In this document: positions 7,215 through 13,284 of the stretch, piece after piece
Numbering within the stretch: the first letter of the stretch is position 1
Layout of the letters: the number at the start of each line of letters is the position of its first letter
Assembly: GCA_043814765.1 (NCBI GenBank)
Contig: JBDRJQ010000018.1
Coordinates: 1 to 13,284, forward strand
Direction of reading: 5' to 3'
Origin: Nanobdellota archaeon
Lineage (GTDB): Archaea > Aenigmatarchaeota > Aenigmatarchaeia > QMZP01
Length of the DNA stretch: 13,284 bases
Notes under the pieces: model-generated
Told to the model about the DNA's origin: nothing
What the model saw: only the letters and a program-made list of their open reading frames with translations
Databases searched by the model: none
Position numbers and translations under genes: made by a program

Positions 7215-8210
7215 TTGAGAAATGACAAACAAGGAAAACTTTTTAGAAGAACAATGGAAGAGAAACAAATTTTTGAGAAAGAAAATTTATCACCTTTAGC
7301 GTGTATGTCTTCTGAAAGTGAAGGCAGAGAAGTCCAAGAACAAGAAGATCTTTATCTAACATGTTTTGAGGTAGATAGAGAAAGAATATTATCAAGTGCA
7401 GGTTTTAGAAGATTAAATGGAAAAACACAGGTCTTTTCTTTGCCTAAAACCGCCGATGTTAGTAATAGGATGATACATACATATGAGGTGGAACAGTTAG
7501 CCACCTATATAGCATCAAATTTGGGATTGAACATACCTCTTGTTCAGGCAATAGCCTTTGGTCATGATGTTGGTCATCCACCTGGTGGTCACGCAGGAGA
7601 AAGAGTATTAACAGAACTCGGTGGAGTTCCGTTTAAACACCAGGAAAACTCTGTGAAAGTATTACAATCAGAAGGGCTTAACCTTGCATATGAAGTTATA
7701 GATGGCATATTAAAACATTCATGCGGTTCTAAAAAGATAAGCGATTCCGATCTTCCTGAAACAATGGAAGGATTGTTGGTTGCTTATGTAGATAAAATCG
7801 CATACACTTTTAATGACATAGAAGATGCTAAGAAAGCAGGACTCATAAAAGAATCTAGCTTGCCTGATAGTGTTAAGTTAAGGTTGGGTACCAGCGCCAG
7901 AAAAAGAATAATAACACTTAGAGAGGCTCTTATAGATTATAGTTTGAATAAAAGCGAAATAGGCCTTTCGGATGAAATGGAAAGCGTTTTTGAAGAAACT
8001 AGAGATTTCATGTTCAAACACGTCTATAAGCATATAATGGTTTCTGATGAGGAAAGGAAGTTTGGCGAGTGTTTACGTTGGTTATACGGAAAACTTCCGA
8101 CTATAGAAACCTTTTATGGGAAGGATCCTTTAGAAGTTCTTGCTTATATGACAGATACCGAGGCTCTGGATTTAATATCAGAGTATATGATGCCTGATTC
8201 TTTGGTATAA
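7215..8210 (+). CDS. dgt: HD-superfamily dNTP triphosphohydrolase (dGTPase-like, short form)
   Basis: FEVDRERI, FRRLNGKTQVF, RMIHTYEV, GHDVGHPPGGHAGE, FKHQENS, DKIAYTFNDIED, YMTD. The TTG start is supported by GGTGAT at 7206-7211. Confidence 0.9.
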   Translation: MRNDKQGKLFRRTMEEKQIFEKENLSPLACMSSESEGREVQEQEDLYLTCFEVDRERILSSAGFRRLNGKTQVFSLPKTADVSNRMIHTYEVEQLATYIASNLGLNIPLVQAIAFGHDVGHPPGGHAGERVLTELGGVPFKHQENSVKVLQSEGLNLAYEVIDGILKHSCGSKKISDSDLPETMEGLLVAYVDKIAYTFNDIEDAKKAGLIKESSLPDSVKLRLGTSARKRIITLREALIDYSLNKSEIGLSDEMESVFEETRDFMFKHVYKHIMVSDEERKFGECLRWLYGKLPTIETFYGKDPLEVLAYMTDTEALDLISEYMMPDSLV

Positions 8211-8211
8211 T

Positions 8212-9150
8212 TTAAGCGTCCTTTATGCCTTCTCCTGTAACCAAGAAGATTGTTTCACCTTCTGGAAGTGCTGGAGAATCTATTAACTTTGCAATTCTCT
8301 TATCACCCTTACTTTTTCGTAGGTATAATCTAAATGTTGCCTGGTGACCCAAGATATGACCTCCAATTGGTACTGTGGGGTCACCGAACATGACATCAGG
8401 ACGTGACATAACCTGGTTGGTTACGTAGATGGACAAGTTGTACAGGTCTGCGAGTCTCTGAAGTGCGTGAAGGTGCCTGTTGAGCTTCTGCTGACGATTT
8501 GCGAGGGTACCTCTGCCTAGGTAGTCACTCCGAAATGCAGCAGTCAAAGAATCAACAATTACTAATCTTACACCTTCCTTTTTGATGACCTCTTCTGCTT
8601 TGTCAACTAAAAGAACTTGATGATCAGAATTGTAAGCTCTTGCGATTAATATATTCTCAAGAGCCTTTTTTGGATCAAGGCCAACACCCTTTGCCATTTG
8701 CATAGCTCTTTCCGGCCTGAAACTGCCTTCTGTGTCTATATACAGAGCCTTGCCTCCAAGACCGCCTTTCTCAACTGGAAGCTGAACGTTTATTGCCAAT
8801 TGAATAGCAAGTTGCGTCTTAGCAGAACCAAATGCTCCATGAGTCTCAACAATGGCTTGCGTTTCAATGCCGCCACCTAACAATGTATCCAGAGTTTTGG
8901 ATCCTGTTGTAATTTTACCAACCTGTTCTCTTTTTTTGAGAACAGCTGTTGCACTCTCAAAACCCATCTGCATGCTGTCACGTGCAGCGTTTATTATTTT
9001 TGCAGCAGTGTCCTCTCCTATGCCGACATCACTGGATAATATTCCCGGAGCAGATGCTGCTATAGCCATCATGTTATCATAACCAGCTTCTTTTAATTTT
9101 TCCAGTGTCTTCTCTCCAACACCAGGGAGTTTTTCAATATCTTTAGCCAT
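8212..9150 (-). CDS. radA: DNA repair and recombination protein RadA
   Basis: N-terminal HhH domain (LPGVG), GFESA polymerisation motif, [70 protein letters not shown]. Confidence 0.97.
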   Translation of the reverse strand: MAKDIEKLPGVGEKTLEKLKEAGYDNMMAIAASAPGILSSDVGIGEDTAAKIINAARDSMQMGFESATAVLKKREQVGKITTGSKTLDTLLGGGIETQAIVETHGAFGSAKTQLAIQLAINVQLPVEKGGLGGKALYIDTEGSFRPERAMQMAKGVGLDPKKALENILIARAYNSDHQVLLVDKAEEVIKKEGVRLVIVDSLTAAFRSDYLGRGTLANRQQKLNRHLHALQRLADLYNLSIYVTNQVMSRPDVMFGDPTVPIGGHILGHQATFRLYLRKSKGDKRIAKLIDSPALPEGETIFLVTGEGIKDA

Positions 9151-9162
9151 AATATCACCATC

Positions 9163-10191
9163 CTAAGACATAGTTTTCAACAGCTCTTCAGCCTCTTTTT
9201 TTACGTCAACCCTACTGATGTCGTTAGCAACCATTTCTAATCTTTCTGTATAACTGTTCTGCTTTACTCGTCCCTGCAGTACAAACTCGTTTCCAAGCAC
9301 ATTGACGTGATCATAAATTTTTAATACATCTCCCTCTCTTTCACCTAATTGTTTCAGTTCTTCAGATGTTTTACCAAGCAATTTTTCTGCTGTTTCACCA
9401 AAGAACACTACCCGTATATTTCCGCTTCCATCATCAGCTACAGCTGACATAACCATCCTGAAACTAGGTGTTACTTCTCCATGCTCATCACATGTCCATT
9501 TTTCATTCAGAAGTTTTGCCCTTGTGCTGCATTGAGGGCACACCTCATAAAAGGGATTTCTTTTGAAAAGTTGCACGATACAGGCTCTTATTTCGCCGTG
9601 ATCGCCTTCTTTTAATTCATTTATCTCCCTTCTGTGCACTGTTTCAAAACTTTCTTTCATTCTTTCTTTTGAAGGAAGTTCTATAACATCTATCTTCTCG
9701 TCTATTTTTTCTAATTTGCCACGACCAACACGAAGTTCAAGATTACCTCTGTTATCCATTTTTACATAGCCGCCTGTTATCCTGATTGTTTCATCCTCTT
9801 TCAATCCATTCTCCTTAATAATATCAATTTCTTCGTTCCATAATGAAAGTCTGACGACACCTGTCTCGTCGCCTATAACAATGTTTGTAACCTGACCGGG
9901 CTTTCCGTTTCTCTCAAAATCCCTTACTTCTGCTACATTAACAATTCTGCCAACAATATCAACTGATCTCAAGCCTGACATGAGGTTCTTTATTTTAAGC
10001 TGTCTTTTTGTTTCCTTAAGTAAGTTTACACCAAGCTCTCTTGCAACAATATGAGCAGCCCCTTCCTCAGAAACAAGACCAGACAATTCATCTTGCTTGT
10101 CCTCTATCATTTTATTAACCGTTTCACTGGGTGTACTAGAATGTTTAGAAATCATTTCTATGAGTTTTTCAAGAGATTCGTTTGAAGACAT
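9163..10191 (-). CDS. rpa: Archaeal replication protein A large subunit (OB folds plus zinc finger)
   Basis: N-terminal GLVSEEGAAHIVARELG, OB fold with GDETGVVRLSLWN, second OB fold with CPQC...CDEH zinc finger and DDGSGNIRVVFFG. It ends 12 bp upstream of radA, so the two are a likely operon. Confidence 0.92.
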   Translation of the reverse strand: MSSNESLEKLIEMISKHSSTPSETVNKMIEDKQDELSGLVSEEGAAHIVARELGVNLLKETKRQLKIKNLMSGLRSVDIVGRIVNVAEVRDFERNGKPGQVTNIVIGDETGVVRLSLWNEEIDIIKENGLKEDETIRITGGYVKMDNRGNLELRVGRGKLEKIDEKIDVIELPSKERMKESFETVHRREINELKEGDHGEIRACIVQLFKRNPFYEVCPQCSTRAKLLNEKWTCDEHGEVTPSFRMVMSAVADDGSGNIRVVFFGETAEKLLGKTSEELKQLGEREGDVLKIYDHVNVLGNEFVLQGRVKQNSYTERLEMVANDISRVDVKKEAEELLKTMS

Positions 10192-10345
10192 GAAAAATCT
10201 ATAATTTTAAACTTTATATTCGTTGAGACAATTATTCAAAATTTCGACAATTAACCAAGTATAAACAGGCAAAAAGCATAGTTTTTTATTGTTTTTACGT
10301 AACAATTGTATAGTTAATATAAAATATCATGCGTAACTAGATAGA

Positions 10346-10408
10346 AGAGCAGTCTGTGAGAGGTTTTGGATACAACCTTTTACAGAAGTGGGAGCTCTAA
10401 AAGGTTGT
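10346..10408 (+). promoter_or_regulatory. Structured 5' leader with two mutually exclusive hairpins upstream of the DUF373 gene
   Basis: 10353-10365 pairs with 10374-10386 (13 bp, 2 G-U); 10372-10382 pairs with 10398-10408 (11 bp, perfect). Confidence 0.55.
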
Positions 10409-10409
10409 T

Positions 10410-11438
10410 ATGGATAAGAAAGACAGGATTTTGATTTTAAATGTAGATAGGGACGACGACATAGGCCAAAAAGCAAAAATAGCAGGCCCTATAATAGGAA
10501 AAGAAAATGTTATTAAAGCGGCTGTCGGTCTTGGTCTTGCTGATCCAGAAGATTCTGATACCAATGCTATATTTCAAACAGCTCGCGTATATGAAGAGCT
10601 TAAGAAAGATCATCTAGTAGAAGTGGCTGTTCTAACCGGTCACAAAAATGTTGGCATGGCTTCTGACAAAGAAGTCACACGCCAATTAAATGAAGTTTTA
10701 GATAATTTCACTGCTGATTATGCTGTTCTTGTTACAGACGGCGCAGAAGATGAACATGTTCTTCCTATAATACAATCAAAACTTCCAATATTATCTGTTA
10801 GTCGTGTAGTTGTGAAACAGTCAGAGAAGCTTGAATCCACTTATTACAAGGTAAAGGATTTCATTGATGAATCTTTGGATAATCCTAAATTTTCTAGAAT
10901 AGTTTTTGGTTTGCCTGCTCTGGCTTTAATACTGTATGCTCTTTTTGGAATAGAAGGATGGAGATTGATAGTCGGTGTTGTTGGTGCATATCTTTTCGTA
11001 AAAGGTTTTAAACTGGAAAAATATTTCCGAGGCGTCTTTGAAGAACTTAGTTCATCGCTTACCCGCAGACGTTTTGCTTTCTTTAGCTATGTAGTAGCTG
11101 CCTCGCTTGCAGTTCTAGCTAGCTTTAGAGGATACACCATTTACTTGGAATGGGTTGATATAGGACTAATAGAAGCAGTATCAGCATTCATATCATCGTC
11201 TATATACTTTTACTTTGCTTCGTTTGCTGCTGCCTGGATAGGCAGAAATATAGGTGCGAAAAAGAGAACAGTTAGAAAAGTTTCATCAGTGATAATATTC
11301 GGTTTCGCAGTATCGCTTGTAGTAAACAACGCTGCTCTGTTATTGATAGAACCAGAAATAACAATGCTTAATTTCTTCATATCAATAGTAATAGGATTTG
11401 CAATGTTATTTGTAGCACTATTGCTTGAGTGGAAATAA
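10410..11438 (+). CDS. DUF373-family archaeal membrane protein
   Basis: LILNVDRDDDIGQK, LADPEDSDTN, VTDGAEDE, RVVVKQS.KLESTYY, followed by several transmembrane helices. Confidence 0.9.
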   Translation: MDKKDRILILNVDRDDDIGQKAKIAGPIIGKENVIKAAVGLGLADPEDSDTNAIFQTARVYEELKKDHLVEVAVLTGHKNVGMASDKEVTRQLNEVLDNFTADYAVLVTDGAEDEHVLPIIQSKLPILSVSRVVVKQSEKLESTYYKVKDFIDESLDNPKFSRIVFGLPALALILYALFGIEGWRLIVGVVGAYLFVKGFKLEKYFRGVFEELSSSLTRRRFAFFSYVVAASLAVLASFRGYTIYLEWVDIGLIEAVSAFISSSIYFYFASFAAAWIGRNIGAKKRTVRKVSSVIIFGFAVSLVVNNAALLLIEPEITMLNFFISIVIGFAMLFVALLLEWK

Positions 11439-11501
11439 ATTAAAGGAAATAAAAAATCTTATTTCTAACTTTATTAAAAAGAAGAATAAAGGAAGTGAGA
11501 T

Positions 11502-12002
11502 CTATCTCTTTCTTCGCTTTGTTGTTCTTCTGGCTGTTGTCCTTCTCTTAGCTGTTTTTCGAGCAGTGGTTTTTCTTCTTGCAGTCCTTTTGGCTGGTCT
11601 TCTAACAGCCCTTCTTGCTGTTTTTTCCGTAGCTGTTTTCCTGGCTGCTGCTCTCTTTCTTTTTGCTGATGTTTTTGCTACTCCTTTTATGCTTGCCCTT
11701 ATTCTTTCTGGCAAGTAAACATTCATGTATCTTTCAGCACCCCTTGCATTACTGACTGCTTTTTTAACTTCATTTCTTATTTTTGCGTCCAAAAGAGAAA
11801 GTTCTTTTGTTACTCTCTGTGAAGATACATTCAATGCCCTTTCTGAAATGTTTCCTGTTTTGTATCTTTCATGTTCATTTTTGAATTCATCAATTACAGC
11901 TTGCTTTGCGTTTTGAAAAGAACGAACACCTTCTCCTCTTGCAACAACTTCTCTTACCATTTTATCAAGTCTTTTTTCATCAATTTTTCTTATTTGTACC
12001 AA
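11502..12002 (-). CDS. Hypothetical protein: helical N-terminal domain plus K/R/A/T-rich histone H1/Hc2-like tail
   Basis: TTG start preceded by a GGTGAT RBS, with TTTATAT further upstream. The last ~60 residues are low-complexity basic repeats (AKRTARRKTT ARKTAKRRTT ARRTTKRRKR). Confidence 0.8.
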   Translation of the reverse strand: MVQIRKIDEKRLDKMVREVVARGEGVRSFQNAKQAVIDEFKNEHERYKTGNISERALNVSSQRVTKELSLLDAKIRNEVKKAVSNARGAERYMNVYLPERIRASIKGVAKTSAKRKRAAARKTATEKTARRAVRRPAKRTARRKTTARKTAKRRTTARRTTKRRKR

Positions 12003-12082
12003 AATATCACCTTACTATATATTTGTCTGCAGCCCCATATAAATGTTAACGGGATATATATACCTTTTAGTTGACATAAATT

Positions 12083-12112
12083 AAAAGAACGGCGTCAACA
12101 GGAAGTTGGCGC
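12083..12112 (-). terminator. Possible intrinsic terminator of the micro-protein operon
   Basis: Inverted repeat 12092-12099 / 12105-12112 (7 of 8 pairs Watson-Crick, 5-nt loop) followed on the minus strand by CGTTCTTTT, about 50 nt after the stop at 12162. Confidence 0.4.
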
Positions 12113-12161
12113 ACATTAAAATTAGGAGGTTTTAAACGGTTCGTCTTGATTTGTTGCGTTC

Positions 12162-12308
12162 TTACTCTTTCGGTTCCTCGCCTGTTCCGTTGCATTGCGG
12201 ACATTTTTTGCTACCGCCACAACAATTGCTTGGAACCCTTCCCGTACCCTTGCATTTCTTGCAGGGTTTTGTTGGGATTAACTTATAATCGCTACTATCG
12301 CCAGCCAG
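12162..12308 (-). CDS. 48-aa micro-protein with two DnaJ-type CxxCxGxG zinc-finger motifs, apparent CTG start
   Basis: Not in the track; hand translation (M)AGDSSDYKLIPTKPCKKCKGTGRVPSNCCGGSKKCPQCNGTGEEPKE*. AGGAG RBS lies 7 nt before the CTG; no in-frame ATG, GTG or TTG. Confidence 0.7.
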   Translation of the reverse strand: MAGDSSDYKLIPTKPCKKCKGTGRVPSNCCGGSKKCPQCNGTGEEPKE

Positions 12309-12336
12309 GATGAGTCTCCTTTCTGATTTATTAATC

Positions 12337-12555
12337 TTATTTTATCCTAACTGTTTGCTCTGTACCTGCACACTGGCTTCCGTTATCCTCCTGGTGTGAA
12401 GGGATTGAAACCAGGTATTTTTCTTTGTCTACCTCCTTGTCAAATTCCGTCCCGCAAACAGGGCATTTTATGGTGACGAGTTTCTTGCCTGCGTCCACAT
12501 GTGGCCTCCTTTCTGGCTCAGAAATTGACTTTGCAGGTTTATGAAACAGTTGCAT
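12337..12555 (-). CDS. 72-aa putative zinc-ribbon micro-protein (CxxC...H...C)
   Basis: IKCPVCGTEF...IPSHQEDNGSQCAGT; GGGGAG RBS just before the ATG; 10 bp downstream of the preceding gene. Confidence 0.75.
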   Translation of the reverse strand: MQLFHKPAKSISEPERRPHVDAGKKLVTIKCPVCGTEFDKEVDKEKYLVSIPSHQEDNGSQCAGTEQTVRIK

Positions 12556-12565
12556 ATCTCCCCAG

Positions 12566-12772
12566 TCATGTTACAGGCAATATGTTGAATAGCCTGAAGA
12601 ATGCTGTGCCAAACATAACTATGGCGATAAGTGCTCCTAAAAAGATGTATGATCGACCTTGAATGCGATCTGCTGCAGAATATTTCTGCAACCTAATTCC
12701 CCACCGAATGAAAACAAAGCCGAACAACAGTCCGATAATTACGTAAGAGACAGCTTCAACAAGATTTTCCAT
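12566..12772 (-). CDS. 68-aa membrane micro-protein with two transmembrane helices
   Basis: Two hydrophobic stretches (AVSYVIIGLLFGFVFI and YIFLGALIAIVMFGTAFF) separated by a basic loop; GAAAGGAG RBS upstream. Confidence 0.75.
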   Translation of the reverse strand: MENLVEAVSYVIIGLLFGFVFIRWGIRLQKYSAADRIQGRSYIFLGALIAIVMFGTAFFRLFNILPVT

Positions 12773-12786
12773 TGCTTTAATCTCCT

Positions 12787-12905
12787 TTCAGAATTAGTAT
12801 TTTCCCTAAACAATTACTCACTTTACACTCAGTTATGAGTCATTGCAGCGCAAGACAGTTGTGCTGCAGTGCTGTTTAAGGAATTTGTGAACATGAATAC
12901 CTGAA
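12787..12905. ncRNA. Candidate multi-stem structured RNA (three-way junction) upstream of the micro-protein operon
   Basis: Nested complementary arms: 12802-12812/12873-12883, 12827-12831/12836-12840 and 12841-12853/12859-12871, with outer arms 12787-12791/12901-12905 and 12797-12801/12896-12900. Confidence 0.5.
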
Positions 12906-12917
12906 TATTGATTAGTT

Positions 12918-12927
12918 GGTATAAAAG
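12918..12927 (-). promoter_or_regulatory. Putative TATA box for the micro-protein operon
   Basis: CTTTTATACC on the minus strand, about 25 nt upstream of position ~12895. Confidence 0.4.
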
Positions 12928-12928
12928 C

Positions 12929-13063
12929 TTACTTATCATTTCTGTTCCTGGCGCGTTTCTTCTGCTGTTTAGTTCTGGCCCTCACTTTGATATCAAAGTA
13001 GCATATTTTACAATAACCGTTTTTATTTTTTGTTTCTTCTCCGCATTTTCTACATTTGAACAC
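12929..13063 (-). CDS. 44-aa C4 zinc-finger micro-protein with basic tail
   Basis: Not in the track; hand translation MFKCRKCGEETKNKNGYCKICYFDIKVRARTKQQKKRARNRNDK*. CxxC-x10-CxxC motif; the GTG start is preceded by a GTGAT RBS-like sequence. Confidence 0.7.
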   Translation of the reverse strand: MFKCRKCGEETKNKNGYCKICYFDIKVRARTKQQKKRARNRNDK

Positions 13064-13078
13064 AATATCACACTATAA

Positions 13079-13177
13079 TTATTGTTTCAATCCCTTATTA
13101 CGCTCACCCATCTCTTTACACTCTTTCTTGTCCCTCTTACCACTCATAAATTTTTTAGTTCTAATCCTCACTTTCAT
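13079..13177 (-). CDS. Possible 32-aa basic micro-ORF (may be a remnant)
   Basis: MKVRIRTKKFMSGKRDKKECKEMGERNKGLKQ*. It starts downstream of an AT-rich tract and shares KVRxRTK with the neighbouring 44-aa ORF. Confidence 0.3.
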   Translation of the reverse strand: MKVRIRTKKFMSGKRDKKECKEMGERNKGLKQ

Positions 13178-13284
13178 ATTTAGACGAAAAAACTAAAATA
13201 ATATATTCTGTTAAACAACTATTATAATATACATTATATAATGAAATAATAATAAAGATTGTTTGATAATATATATATAATTAT

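Noticed and set aside
8698..9082. Plus-strand ORFs within radA; possible RadA intein
   Set aside because: Shadow frames; RadA is 312 aa and uninterrupted, so there is no intein.
10329..10340. Three-codon uORF ATG CGT AAC TAG upstream of DUF373
   Set aside because: Probably upstream of the predicted transcription start and too short to distinguish from chance.
11425..12074. Hydrophobic plus-strand ORF 11425-11718 and ORFs 11725-11916 and 11871-12074
   Set aside because: The Leu/Phe/Ala/Val richness is the antisense image of the Lys/Arg/Thr repeat tail; the minus-strand gene has the RBS and promoter.
12802..12883. Hammerhead ribozyme or tRNA interpretation of the multi-stem element
   Set aside because: No CUGANGA/GAAA core in the junction and no tRNA cloverleaf or T-loop.

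Overview
Compact, AT-rich archaeal chromosomal segment. RadA, RPA, DUF373, Trm5, a PRC-barrel protein, TATA boxes and GGTGAT ribosome-binding sites all point to an archaeon; a DPANN-type host is plausible but is inference. The left and centre hold mostly housekeeping genes: partial Trm5-family methyltransferase, M42 aminopeptidase, membrane-anchored OB-fold protein, divergent PurD-like ATP-grasp enzyme, ThpR/LigT, ExeA-like AAA+ ATPase with a C-terminal winged helix, PRC-barrel (CdpB-like) protein, KefB-type antiporter, dGTPase-like HD hydrolase, rpa-radA and DUF373. The right end holds a protein with a histone-H1/Hc2-like basic tail and a cluster of micro-ORFs, three of them Cys-rich; three of the micro-ORFs are missing from the ORF track. 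The main unexplained signal is a field of TTCAC/GTGAA motifs (23 by hand count in about 1.07 kb), including two GTGAACTTCAC palindromes. It is centred on the promoter of the AAA+-wHTH gene and spreads into both flanking genes, making it a candidate origin-like or centromere-like protein-binding system next to a cell-division-type gene. Two candidate structured RNAs are also present: a switch-like 5' leader of DUF373 and a multi-stem element upstream of the micro-protein operon.
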